DNA of 64,000 bases, from NCBI GenBank assembly GCA_964016885.1, contig OZ024740.1:426994001-427058000 (forward strand), written 5' to 3'. The notes beneath the pieces are model-generated. The model was given only the letters and a program-made list of their open reading frames with translations, was not told the DNA's origin and ran no database searches. This document shows positions 1-12,904 of the stretch, one piece after another; position 1 is the stretch's first letter; each line of letters begins with the position of its first letter. Made by a program: the position numbers and the translations under genes. The DNA is from Eledone cirrhosa. Lineage: Eukaryota.

Positions 1-2513
1 AAGTTGGTAGCTAGTTGTTAGTAGGTCTTGTAATCATAGGTAAGTTGGTAGCTAGTTGTTAGTAGATCTTGTAATCATAGGAACGTTGGTAGCTAGTTGT
101 TAGTAGAGTTGTAATCATAGGTAAGTTGGTAGCTAGTTGTTAGTAGATCTTGTAATCATAGGAAAGTTGGTAGCTAGTTGTTAGTAGATCTTGTAATTAT
201 AGGTAAGTTGGTAGCTAGTTGTTAGTAGATCTTGTAATCATAGGTAAGTTGGTAGCTAGTTGTTAGTAGATCTTGTAATCATAGATAAGTTGGTAGCTAG
301 TTGTTAGGAGAGTTGTAATCATAGGTAAGTTGGTAGCTAGTTCTTAGTAGATCTTGTAATCATAGGTAAGTTGGTAGCTAGTTGTTAGTAGATCTTGTAA
401 TCATAGATAAGTTGGTAGCTAGTTGTTAGTAGAGTTGTAATCATAGGTAAGTTGGTAGCTAGTTGTTAGTAGATCTTGTAATCATAGGAAAGTTGGTAGC
501 TAGTTGTTAGTAGATCTTGTAATTATAGGTAAGTTGGTAGCTAGTTGTTAGTAGATCTTGTAATCATAGGTAAGTTGGTAGCTAGTTGTTAGTAGATCTT
601 GTAATCATAGATAAGTTGGTAGCTAGTTGTTAGGAGAGTTGTAATCATAGGTAAGTTGGTAGCTAGTTCTTAGTAGATCTTGTAATCATAGGTAAGTTGG
701 TAGCTAGTTGTTAGTAGATCTTGTAATCATAGATAAGTTGGTAGCTAGTTGTTAGTAGATCTTGTAATCATAGGAAAGTTGGTAGCTAGTTGTTAGTTGA
801 TCTTGTAATCATAGGAAAGTTGGTAGCTAGTTGTTAGTAGATCTTGTAATCATAGGAAAGTTGGTAGCTAGTTGTTAGTAGATCTTGTAATCATAGGTAA
901 GTTGGTAGCTAGTTGTTAGTAGATCTTGTAATCATAGATAAGTTGGTAGCTAGTTGTTAGTAGAGTTGTAATCATAGGTAAGTTGGTAGCTAGTTGTTAG
1001 TAGATAATGTAATCATAGGTAAGTTGGTAGCTAGTTGTTAGTAGATCTTGTAATCATAGGAAAGTTGGTAGCTTGTTGTTAGTAGATCTTGTAATCATAG
1101 ATAAGTTGGTAGCTAGTTGTTAGTAGATCTTGTAATCATAGTAAAGTTGGTAGCTAGTTGTTAGTAGAGTTGTAATCATAGGTAAGTTGGTAGCTAGTTG
1201 TTAGTAGATCTTGTAATCATAGGAAAGTTGGTAGCTAGTTGTTAGTAGAGTTGTAATCATAGGTAAGTTGGTAGCTAGTTGTTAGTAGATCTTGTAATCA
1301 TAGGTAAGTTGGTAGCTAGTTGTTAGTAGATCTTGTAATCATAGGAAAGTTGGTAGCTTGTTCTTAGTAGATCTTGTAATCATAGATAAGTTTGTAGCTA
1401 GTTGTTAGTAGATCTTGTAATCATAGTAAAGTTGGTAGCTAGTTGTTAGTAGAGTTGTAATCATAGGTAAGTTGGTAGCTAGTTGTTAGTAGATAATGTA
1501 ATCATAGGTAAGTTGGTAGCTAGTTGTTAGTAGATCTTGTAATCATAGGTAAGTTGGAAGCTAGTTGTTAGTAGATCTTGTAATCATAGGAAAGTTCGTA
1601 GCTTGTTGTTAGTAGATCTTGTAATCATAGGAAAGTTGGTAGCTTGTTCTTAGTAGATCTTGTAATCATAGGAAAGTTGGTAGCTAGTTGTTAGTAGATC
1701 TTGTAATCATAGGTAAGTTGGTAGCTAGTTGTTAGTAGGTCTTGTAATCATAGGTAAGTTGGTAGCTAGTTCTTAGTAGATCTTGTAATCATAGGTAAGT
1801 TGGTAGCTAGTTGTTAGTAGATCTTGTAATCATAGATAGTTGGTAGCTAGTTGTTAGTATATCTTGTAATCATAGGTAAGTTGGTAGCTAGTTGTTAGTA
1901 GATCTTGTAATCATAGATAAGTTGGTAGCTAGTTGTTAGTAGATCTTGTAATCATAGGAAAGTTGGTAGCTAGTTGTTAGTAGATCTTGTAATCATAGGT
2001 AAGTTGGTAGCTAGTTGTTAGTAGATCTTGTAATCATAGATAAGTTGGTAGCTAGTTGTTAGTAGATCTTGTAATCATAGGAAAGTTGGTAGCTAGTTGT
2101 TAGTAGATCTTGTAATCATAGGTAAGTTGGTAGCTAGTTGTTAGTAGATCTTGTAATCATAGATAAGTTGGTAGCTAGATGTTAGTAGATCTTGTAATCA
2201 TAGGAAAGTTGGTAGCTAGTTGTTAGTAGATCTTGTAATCATAGGAAAGTTGGTAGCTTGTTGTTAGTAGATCTTGTAATCATAGGTAAGTTGGTAGCTA
2301 GTTGTTAGTAGATCTTGTAATAATAGGTAAGTTGGTAGCTAGTTGTTAGTATATCTTGTAATCATAGGTAAGTTGGTAGCTAGTTGTTAGTAGATCTTGT
2401 AATCATAGGAAAGTCGGTAGCTAGTTGTTAGTAGATCTTGTAATAATAGGTAAGTTGGTAGCTAGTTGTTAGTAGATCTTGTAATCATAGATAAGTTGGT
2501 ACCTAGTTGTTAG
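1..2513. repeat. 41-bp tandem satellite (AAGTTGGTAGCTAGTTGTTAGTAGATCTTGTAATCATAGGT), about 61 copies, runs off the window start
   Basis: Unit repeats directly; 40-bp variants (AGAGTTG) are interspersed. Confidence 0.98.
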
Positions 2514-3149
2514 TGATGAGAGACTGTGAAGTGTCTGATTTTGAAAGGTTCAGACATACGCAGAGTTAGGTACTAACTCATCTCATTTTCATTGAAATAT
2601 ATGTTTGACACTCTAAAAGGTATGCTAAATGGACGTCAAAGAAAACGACGCCGGAACATGACTATAAAATACAGAGAGGGACTTTAGATATCACTTTTAA
2701 GTAGTAGAAACAGCGAATAAAGTCCTCGTTAGAGGCATTAGAGATAGTGACGAAGAATACTACGGATCATTCTACAAGAAGTGCGAACTTTTTGTTATAT
2801 GAAAATCCTTTGATAAATACTTTTTGTACATTTGTCAACAGAAGATTCTCTTCAGTAATATTATCCAAAAGAGGAATCAGCAAATTAAACTCGACACATT
2901 CTTCAAGCCAATTAGTTCCAACCTTACTACAAGTAAACCTGCTAACAGTAATGACTCTCCTGCCACAGAATCGGTCTCACATCAGACAACTTAGAATTCT
3001 ACAAATGGAAGACGAGTGGATCTTCATATCTCTATTAACTCAAAATGAGAATACATCCCCTCACCGTCTACTGGCAGGTCAACTACATGAAACGTACCTG
3101 TTATCTACCACATGTAACTTAAATACTGAGGTGTGTAGCACTGATTCAC

Positions 3150-3355
3150 CATTTATATGTGTGTATGTTTTTCCTCGTTCATTCCCCTTCTCACGCTCTA
3201 AATTTCTATTTCCTGTTTTATTTGTCATTCTATCTTCTCCTGAAAGACCAGTGTCTGAAACGTTAAGACTCTTCCCTCATCATTTCAAGCGTTAAACTAA
3301 TATATTTCTTCATTGTTCTGAGTCTTTTCCTTTGTTGCTTCTGTTTACTTTCTAA
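3150..3355 (+). mobile_element. Short repeat with degenerate minimal HHR-like motif (same family as 16790-16938)
   Basis: CTGAA-AGAC-cagt-GTCT-GAAACGTTA followed by TTTCAAGCGTTAAACTAATATAT, shared with the 16.8-kb copy; ends in (CA)n. Confidence 0.45.
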
Positions 3356-3581
3356 ACACACACACACACATGTACACACAAACCCACACACACACGCACA
3401 CAGACACACATAGACACACATACTCACAAACACACACACACACGGACACATAGACACACATGCTCACAAACACACACATGTACACACAAACCCACACACA
3501 CACGCACACAGACACATGTAGACACAGACTCACAAACACACACACACAGAAACACACACACATACACACATACTCACATAC

Positions 3582-3645
<64 letters not shown>
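3356..3645. repeat. Imperfect (CA)n followed by (TA)n microsatellite
   Basis: Seen directly. Confidence 0.95.
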
Positions 3646-3648
<3 letters not shown>

Positions 3649-3855
3649 TTCTTTCGTTGTTTTGGTATTGTATGGTTGGGTTTTGCCTGCCGCAATTTTC
3701 AATTTGTCAAGCTATCTAAACGTGATGTTATTACTCTGAGGACCTACCCTTATTGAGTGCTTTGCTACTCATTCCTAATTGTAGTTCGACTTTGCTTGAC
3801 CACAGCCAAAGCTTCGATTTTACTAAGCTTCCACTTGTATTATATATATATATAT

Positions 3856-4264
3856 ATTTTTGTCGAGCAAACCTGCCAAAACCACTTCTAAATTTTTTGG
3901 TGGTGTTAGTAGGCGTCTGTCATCTTACCATCCCATTCCTACTGACTAGCCTCTGTGTCACGTGATTGATTCTTTAGAATCGGCCATATGACCAGTGGCA
4001 GTGAGAATGTTCAGTACCTGGAATCCAGTCCTCGATAGCTGTTCCATTTACCGAATTATTATTATTTTTATATGAGTCCCCAGTGTCCGCGCATTGCCTG
4101 GAGACTTGGCTGAGAATGACCTCCCTGATGACGCAATGAAATTCTCAACAGTTCATTACGTAACTGTCTTTATCCCATTGCAGAAACTAATTAGTTGGAG
4201 TGAAAATTTAAGTAAGTAAGTAAATTTTTTTTTAATTTTTTAAAAACATTTTTCTTATTTTACG

Positions 4265-4270
<6 letters not shown>
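3856..4270 (+). mobile_element. Non-coding PLE-pLTR/retrozyme-like unit, homologous to 22378-22775, bounded by (TA)n
   Basis: Colinear similarity to the 22-kb copy (e.g. GTCACGTGATTGATTCTTT, CAGAAACTAATTAGT); contains an HHR. Confidence 0.75.
4121..4200 (+). ncRNA. Type I hammerhead ribozyme with minimal palindromic stem III
   Basis: Stem I CTCC/GGAG; CTGATGA 4125-4131; stem II GCAATG/CATTGC; GAAA 4183-4186; palindrome AACTAATTAGTT; GUU triplet. Confidence 0.75.
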
Positions 4271-4320
<50 letters not shown>

Positions 4321-4322
<2 letters not shown>

Positions 4323-4495
4323 GTTATTCCGGGTTGAATCGGAGGTAACCACAGTAAGTAAGGTACTCAATACATAGCAGAGTATAAAAGTTTTAATATA
4401 GATGAGATTCTACAGGACTAGAACTGTTTCATGATTTCTAATGAATGAAACAGTTCTAGTCCTGTAGAATCTCATCTATATTAAAACTTTTATAT
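4321..4495 (-). mobile_element. Fold-back mini-element (arms ~50 bp) plus unpaired tail, between (TA)n tracts
   Basis: 4383-4432 is the reverse complement of 4446-4495; arms carry GAAAC-N7-GTC (HHR 3' half). Confidence 0.7.
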
Positions 4496-5319
4496 ATATA
4501 TATATAAAGACGAATATTTTATTTAGACTGAGAATTTAATATTAATCCACATCGTTTATGATACAAAACGGGATAAGTGGTTCCCTTACTCAAAAGTGAA
4601 ATCTCCATAACTATTTAGGTGAAGTCATATGTCAAATACGACGAGAGAAATATAGGAGGTGGAAGCTGTATTCACACATTTTTTCTCGGCTGGATTTTCA
4701 TTTCTGAAAAATGATGAGAAATTGTTTAAATTGAACATTGTAGGGAAGCAAGTTGTTTTCAACAAGAAATTTACAGCGTAAAGGTTTCTTCAGATATCGA
4801 ATTGTCTGTAATTGTACAACGAATTCTGAAATGTTCCTCTACTTCTCCCGGTCAGAAATACGGATTTTTAAGAGAGGAGAGTCAGAGGGGAAAAAATGTT
4901 GTGTCAGAAGCTAGCATCAGCACTTAAGATCACAGCATTAGGAAATTGTCTTTGGATTCGTTGTTCAGTGAAACGAAGGAAAAAGTTCGTGTAAATGTTG
5001 AACAGTCTAGGTGAATTATAATTCTCAATAACAACATCCGGTTTGCACAGGAAATTAGACGCTGGAATGCATTATGTTGGCTTCACGACTTTTATTTAGT
5101 GATTTTGAACAGAGCAAAGATTTTAAGCTATTCTTAGTTTGATTTTCAAGTACTCTAAATTGAAAGGCTCGATCAATATTGCTATTGGTTACATTTAGGA
5201 AGATACACGTAAATAAAATAAGATTAATGCCTGCAAAACACAAAACTCACACAACACTTTAAAATATAAAAATACAACAAAAAAAGTAATAGATTATATA
5301 GAAGGTTGCGACGCTAATG

Positions 5320-5380
<61 letters not shown>

Positions 5381-5402
5381 CAGTTGTAGTAGTAGTAGTA
5401 AT
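5320..5402. repeat. (TAG)n microsatellite
   Basis: Seen directly. Confidence 0.95.
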
Positions 5403-6167
5403 AGGAAAATAGATCATTAATCTATTTGTTGTTAAGGGTTTTAAATGTCACTTTCTCTCCTCCCTTTCCTGAAGATTTAACATCAGTGACGGTTCTGTTA
5501 AAGCCTGCTGCGTAGAGAATGTAAGTTAGGTGGAGAGGTTTTTTCTGGTAACATTCAACATAACAGTGTGATACCAACGTGATATTTTATTGAGCACTCC
5601 CAGAAAAATGGCGACGGTGAGGATATTGTAGTTCAATCACCAGCTTTAATATCATTTCTCTTTTTGAGAGAGATAAGCTGTTGCTCTGTTAGACTAAATA
5701 TTCAAATTATGTTCATCATTGGCTTACACACACAATGCGTGAGTGTATGTCATATACATATACAGCAGGTCAGAACACCAAGGAACCAAACAGCCACTGT
5801 CATTGCCTTCATCTCTCCCGCTCTCCTCATCTCCAGCTGTTTATAACAAAAGAACGGGAAATGTTAACTCAAAGTAATAAACAGTTATGTTTTGCACACC
5901 TTCCACTATTTCAACACCAAGAAAACCTACGGCGTAAGGACAGACCTATTTTATCTATTTATATAATCTAAAACAAGACTATAGTAATACAAATTCTCCG
6001 CTGAGAAGTCTCTGGTACTATTTTTTTCTTGGTGGGATTGAGGGTTTTGTGCACTAATGAGTACATAGAATTAATCTGTCAGCTATCTACAACTCGACAT
6101 TAATAAGTTATTGATGGCGATTATGGCCTGATGAAGTTCTGTCATGTAATGCCAATATAGTGTGAAT

Positions 6168-6415
6168 GCGCATGGTTTAGTGGTTAGAGCATTGGGCTTG
6201 CAATGGAAAGCTTGTGAGTTCAATTCTCGGACCGGGTGCTGTGTTGTTTCCTTGAGCAAGACTTTATTTCACGTTGCTCCAGTTTACTCAGCTGCAGAAA
6301 TGAGATGATAGCACTGAGGTCCTTATCATTAAATCACCCAAGACACCTCCAACGAGATATGCCTCGGAGGAGGCCAGCTAAACCTGCATAGGTGTGAGCT
6401 GTCACACACACACAA
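6168..6415 (+). mobile_element. tRNA-derived SINE (family B)
   Basis: A box TGGTTTAGTGG, B box GAGTTCAATTC, TCCTTGAGCAAGAC core; near-copy at 50553-50790. Confidence 0.8.
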
Positions 6416-6639
6416 TATAGTGAATGGGGTTTAATACAATTGGTTTTTGAGTACTAACTATTTAGGTTTGTTATATTTAGATGTTGGGTAATGAACAATT
6501 ATGTATATTGCATCATGCCTCCGATACAGTATGAAATAATATCCTCTGTAATAAAGGATTTTACTGCTGCGGGTTTAATTTTAATTTTATTTAATTAGGG
6601 AATTGTATAATGTGTTGTGTGTTTTTGAGTTGTTTAATT

Positions 6640-6900
6640 TATTGTGTTGTTAGTCCGTCTCCCCATACTCATATTTAGAGGAGGTTAGGTGTTGGAATAT
6701 ATGTATGAGCTAGAGATTATGGGTGATGTCTTATCTCTAATATAGACATTTAGTTCATGATTGGCTCAGGTTTAACGAATGTAATTTTTAATAGTTTGGA
6801 ATCCGATGGTCTTGTCCACTAGATGTATCGTTTATTGTTAGCCTTGTTTTCCAGATGAATTAAGTACGTATAAGGCATTCGATGATTGCTTGTATTTGTG
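6640..6900 (-). pseudogene. Highly decayed Naiad-like GIY-YIG C-terminal fragment
   Basis: Broken-frame peptides HKYKQSSNAL / HLENKANNKRYIxW resemble the STALS...W region of the intact copy. Confidence 0.3.
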
Positions 6901-6912
6901 CTATATATAAAT

Positions 6913-6956
<44 letters not shown>

Positions 6957-7159
6957 ATATAGTGTATATATGTGTAGTGTAAGTGTGTGTATACATAGGA
7001 CAGTTATCGATGGTGAATAGACTGTTTGGAGCAATAACAGTCTTTATATATATAAAGACCCTTATATATATAGACACACACGCGCACACACACACATATA
7101 TATATATGTGTGTATGTAAGTAAGTATGTATGTATGCATATGTATATGCGTAAATATTT

Positions 7160-7348
7160 GTTTCTACTTTTGGCACAAGGCCAGCAAATATCCCAGTGTA
7201 TTACTGGTACTTTATTTTATCGACCCCGTAAGGATGACAGGCAAAGTTAACTTCGGCGGGATTTGAACTCAGACAGTAAAGGGCCGTAACTCTGTGCTGC
7301 AAAGCATGGCGTCAGACGCTCGACCGATAATGCCAATCCACCGCCCTT
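7160..7348 (-). mobile_element. tRNA-derived SINE (family A, octopus OK/OR-like)
   Basis: Reverse complement of GGCGGTGGATTGGCA...GAGTTCAAATCCCGCCGA...GGGGTCGATAAAATAAAGTACCAG...CCTTGTGCCAAAAGTAGAAAC. Confidence 0.85.
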
Positions 7349-7689
7349 ATATGCGTAAATAATGCCATCATTGCTCTAATCAATCTACCCACCTTCAGCA
7401 AATAAGCTAAACTAAACGTCAGCCTGTAACCATGATACCTGTCAAACAAAACGTACTCAGCCTCCAAATTCATCAAATCATACGCGGAGCACTTATTATC
7501 CCAAACTCTGCTTGCACAATCAGACCTTTAATAGCCACCTAATGTGTTTATGTGTGTGTGTGTATGCGTTTGAGAAAGTGTGTGTGTGTGCTTACGTGTG
7601 GTTGTATGGGTTTTTATGTGTGCGTGTGTTATATATTATTTGTGGGTGTGGAATATGGAACGGTAGACAATCGCAGAATAGAATTATTG

Positions 7690-8300
7690 ATGTGATGCAT
7701 TCAAGTTGTGGGAGTCGCTGTTAGAAGAGAATGAGGTACTGTTCCCTCTGGAGGCGCGCGTCTGGTGATCCCATGCTGAAGCCGAGACAGTGAAATGTTG
7801 TGAGGAGCAGCGTGCAGAATAGTGATTTGGGGCAATTAGTGACAGGTTGCGGAATGGAATTTCTGAAAATGTGCCCATGACCACCCCTGTTTTCCATTGT
7901 TATATCTCACCGGAGAAGGTAACAAGTTGAAGATGAGAATTCGCTTAACGAGGTAGAAACGGTTGGCGTATTGAATATTGGAGAATGGCTACCAAGTCTG
8001 TGATTATTGTGTCCAAGTAAGCGGAATTGAATTCTCTGTGACATAGAAGTTGGAACGGCCTGGTGTGACGAACTGTGAATGTTGTAGAGGAGATAGATGC
8101 TGGAGGTATGGGCTGGGTGGATGATGCAACTGTAGGAGGTAGAATAGAAGAGGTGACGTACTGGCGCGTGGTACAGGAAACTTGTTGCTGGTCGTGGAGA
8201 GTATGACCAGAGAGAAACATGAGGAGAGAGAGGGTATCACAGTGTCTCTGTTCTGTAGAGGTCAGTGGTTTCCTAAGCAGTGTCGTACTTTCGTTCCTTG
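7690..8300 (-). pseudogene. Possible decayed PLE endonuclease-region remnant
   Basis: GC-richer block; broken-frame peptide ...PQPVTN...DARLQREQYLILF resembles the GIY-YIG C-terminal R..EQ..I motif. Confidence 0.3.
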
Positions 8301-8467
8301 AAGAAGAAGAATTTCGTTGGAAATGTCAGCAATTTCGTGGCAAATTGAAGTCATCAAAATTTATCATGTGCGAGGATTTATTACACCTGACTGGCTGAGT
8401 CTTGTATGTTTCTAGTTAGCACAACTTGTAATATCTCGTCATTTGACTGTCGCTATTATTTCTACTC

Positions 8468-8790
8468 TGGCGGGGATTAGGCAGAATCATTAGAGAGGTC
8501 ATAATACTTGTCTCCGTATTTGTTCTGGATCTCTGTATTCTGAGTTAAAATTCTTGCCGAGGTCAACTTTGCTTGAAAAGTGGAGGTGGATTGACAGTAT
8601 CGGTGAAGCATCGGACAGCATGATTCATAGCATAGAGTTACATCCATTTACTTGTTCAAATCTTGCTTATATTAGCTTTGAATTGCATCATTATGGAGTC
8701 GATAAAATAATGTAGCGGTAATGCACTGGGGTCGATTTGATCGACTATCCCTTCCCCCAAATTTCTAGCCTTGTGCCTAACACAGAAACC
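8468..8790 (+). mobile_element. Two adjacent decayed family A SINE copies
   Basis: GGCAGAATCATTAG...GAGTTAAAATTCTTGCCGAGGTCAACTTTGC, then a second head at ~8581 with GTCGATAAAATAA...CCTTGTGCC. Confidence 0.7.
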
Positions 8791-10787
8791 ATTATTTTTA
8801 CTCTGGAAATATTTGAATCACCAATCTGATCCGGCAGTAGGTGCAGGTATTTGAACTGCTTAAAGGATCAATTAGATTACAGAAGTTCGATCTTATAGGT
8901 CTGGGGAAATTCATGTTTGTTTTTGTGTATTTCCACCTCTAAATGTGTATTTTTTCTTTTGGTTGGTTAAAATACATTTACACATTGTTTGTTCTAAATC
9001 ATATGCTTCTTGTATAACTCTTATAACTGCCTCTAAAGAAACTAATTGTGAGTGCATGTGTGTGTGTGTGCGTGCATGGGAATATATATATATATATTTA
9101 TATATATATAGTATTAAGGATACTATTTATGTTTATGTATATACTAAAATCTTTTATAGTTATATATATTTTAAACCCTATATAGTGAAAGACAGTAATT
9201 CACAGTTGTTTTACAGAGCAGTTATATAGAAATTACATGAATCAAAGTTCAGTTTAAATCATTTATTTGCTTACAAACCAGGGTTTGGATTCTTCGGAGC
9301 AATTATTTAGTGATTTTTTACATACTTGACCTCCTTTTCAACACAAGAGACATATAGAAACATATGTATATATTGACCCACAGTGGGTTAACATCCATCA
9401 TAATAATATAACATGGCAATTTACATACAAAGATTGCAGTCATATTAAAGGACAAAATTAAAGTTAAAATTAAAATTAAAATTAAAATAAAACATTGGCA
9501 GTTTATGAAGATAAAGCAAGAGGAAAGTTTGTAGTAGCCAGTGTATGCAATAGTCTCACGTGTGGCATGCACGCGTGTCCTATTTATACAAGATTATAGT
9601 GCGGCAGATTGTTACATGTAAAACAAGCAGTCAAAGCAGGCAATCAATAGCATCATGGGGGCTGTACTGTTAATACATTTTTCACACACACCTGTACGAT
9701 ATAGAGGCCCGTGTGTAGAGAAACACCAAAAATATCAAAAATATCAAAAATATTACAAATGAGAAGCAAAACAGCACCACTGTCCTCGCACACACCACCA
9801 CTCACACAATCCAGGAAACGCAATTTATAGACTACATGTCCATCACACAATCCACGATGATTCAACATTGGGTGCCTGGTGAACCGTGTTAGAAATCATA
9901 GCTTGTCGTTCTCTATTCGATTCTATAGAGCAGGTTGTTTTTGTTGTGAGAGTTGACATCGTATTATATTCCGGAAGTGTGTGTGTGATTAAGGGGAGTT
10001 AATGCGTAAAGGGAGTTAATGCGTAAGGGGAGGTAACTAACTGATTTCCATAGTTAAATATATTATCCTAAAGTACATTAATGGTGTTTCAAATCAGTCC
10101 CTATCATATAAGGTAATAAACAATTTCTAAATTTAAGTATCTTATCTATAAATTACAGTGTAGTCTATCAAGAAGTACTAAAGATGTTCATATTAGGATG
10201 ATTACCTTCTATCATGGAGTGCCACAACCGAACATTCTACATGAAGAGTCAGACCTCCAAATCAATGATCTTTGTAAGTGTAGTCTACCCGCAGAACCTG
10301 GCAGGGTCTTATTAGAATCATTTCTATATATGACTCCTGGTAAGCTCTGGGTCATTGTATGTCTGAATGCATGGCAAAGTTAAATATCACCAGGGTGGTC
10401 CAGAGATCAATTCTCTCATACAAGGACACTAATCTTACCATCAAGCCATACATATACCTATAACTCATACATCACCTGTACATAATACATTGCACTCAGC
10501 ATACAGATTATATAGCTCTTTTATGTTAATAAATTAATTACTTAATCTTCTATTTATCCGATGGTGGCACTCCATGCACAGGACAATGTTAGCACAACCA
10601 ATTCAGTGCTTACAGTTTACATTAATTATATATTGGTGCAATGTAGTCCAAGTAATTTAAGGCCAATATACCAAAAGTAGAAGTACATGGGGATATCTCT
10701 AGGGTAAAAGGTACTATGAGGGTGTCACTATTTGCGTTAAAGTGGATTAATAGGTGCGGAGATGAGGTGTAAGGTGTGCCCCTGATG

Positions 10788-11490
10788 TTAATTGCTAGAG
10801 GTGGTGACGGGTTCAAGTCTGACATTGTTATATATTGGGTTTAAAGTTTTGGAAGGAATGTCGGAAGCGGTTTGGCAAGACGCGAACACTTCTGATTTTT
10901 TATTAAGGATGTTATGGTTTGAGAAGATGATAGTATGGGTCTCTAGTAGACAGAGGTTACAAAATTTATTAGGTGGTTTGTACGATGTCGCATTACCTAT
11001 CACTTCCCATTTAAGTGTATATGGTTTACTTTTAGTTTTTAGATAGTGTATGTAGCTAGATAGTGAAGTGGAGTTGGCTAGACTGTGTTTTTTGAAAGAG
11101 TGGAGGTGCGAATTGTATCTAATTTTGAAGCAGTTAGAAGTAGAGCCTATATAGGTTTCAGAAGAGTTGTTAGTTGTGACTGTGCATGAGTATATGATAT
11201 CCTTGATTAAGCATTTTTTATCTAAAGGGCAGGTTCTATTTGATCTACACTTACAATTATTCTGGGTGTTAGTCTGCCGGTTATTATGTTGTGTAGAAGT
11301 CTGAATGGTAGCTATAGGGTTATGGTTATGTGGGTTGTCGTTCCCAGCGTTATTGTTTACACTAGTGCTATTACTATTATTTCTATTGATATTAGGGTTA
11401 GTTGCTATAATGTTATTTTGAAGGTTTATCGTCTGTTGTGATTTAGTTTGTTGGAAGTAAGAATTAATTTTTCTTTTATTGCTACTAGCT
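10788..11490 (-). pseudogene. 5'-truncated Naiad-type PLE: Asn-rich linker plus GIY-YIG endonuclease
   Basis: Open frame read by hand: NCKCRSNRTCPLDKKCLIKDIIYSCTVTT..ETYIGSTSNCFKIRYNSH..STSLS..KWEVI..CNLCLLE..LNKKSE; begins at (TA)n; probable 1-nt frameshift near the C-terminus. Confidence 0.9.
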
Positions 11491-12195
11491 ATATATATAT
11501 ATATATATTAGAAAGTGAGGTTTTTTTAACAAAATGAAAAATAACCGAGGTGTCCTACACGAGTGAAAGTATAAAGAAAAAAAGATGAAATCGAAAATGC
11601 AACTGGAGTCTTATTTTAAAAAAATATATATATTTATTTGGTTCATTTACCGGTTTCTGCTTTTCAAAAGTAGAGTTGAGATGGACGGTCTGTGGTTTTT
11701 CTCACATCTGGTTGGTCTCTGAATGTTACTTGTTTTATATGGAAAAAGTGGCTCGAAATGCCAGGTTTTTCGAGAAGTAATTTGATTGGTTGGTCAATAA
11801 TTATAATAAATTTCGCGGCAGTTCGCGTTACAAAGTTCTTCAAACAAGGGGGGGGGGGGTCACAGGTTGTGTTTTCATGTATGAGTGTTTGAATTTCTTT
11901 TTACTTAAAAAGGGGGCTCACGAACGCTTTCTTTTTAATAAACGTAATTTGATTGGTTATAAATGGAATTATGGATGTCACGTGAACAAGTTTCCATTAA
12001 ATTTGCGCGCCTTTATTTGGAAATCTATTCTGTAGCCTATTTAGAGAATTTTATGACAAGTAAAAGATAATGGTCAAGAGAAATGGGATTGGAGAATTGT
12101 TCTGGTTCAGTGGATATGGTTAGTTCGTTGGGGTGTCAGAATTCAGATTTTCTATTGAATAAAGAAAGTAAAGATATGTATGTTTATTTGTGTGC

Positions 12196-12236
<41 letters not shown>

Positions 12237-12247
12237 TGTGTGTGTGC

Positions 12248-12280
<33 letters not shown>

Positions 12281-12904
12281 TGTGTGTATTGGAAGATGAT
12301 TCTATTAGTAGAAATGGGGGAGGGAGTTGTATGTGTGTGTGTATATGGGTGTTATGTGTGTGTGTGTGGGAGTATGTTAAGATGGAGAGAATATATATTT
12401 TGTGTGTGTGTATATATGTGTGTAGGAAAGTGATTCTATTAGTAGAAATGGGGGAGGGAGTTGTGTGTGTATATATGGGTGTTATGTGTGTGTGGGAGTA
12501 TGTTAAGATGGAGAGAATATATATTTTGTGCGTGTGTATATATGTGTGTAGGAAAGTGATTCTATTAGAGAAATTGGGGAGGGGAGTTGTGTGTGTGGAT
12601 GTGGGGTTTGTTATGTGTGTGTATGGGTGTTATGTGTGTGGGAGTATGGTTACCATGTTAAGATGAAGAGAATATATATATATTGTGTGTGTGTGTGTGT
12701 AGGAAAATGATTCCTTTAGTAGGAATATTTTTGAATGAACATATTTTCCTTACTTATTCGTATTTGTTCTGTTGTATTGTCAGTGCAAACGTATGTTAAG
12801 GTTTATTTAGTTCGGGTTTTTATTTTCTAAAGTAGAAGGTGTTATGTGTGTGTGTATGTGTCTGTTTGGATGGGTAGCATGTTATGGTGTTGACATAATG
12901 TATA

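Noticed and set aside
1-2513. CRISPR array
   Set aside because: Contiguous repeats with no unique spacers; eukaryotic context
2747-3295. 182-aa ORF
   Set aside because: No recognisable domain, GTG start, and it runs across a repeat; at most a decayed retroelement end
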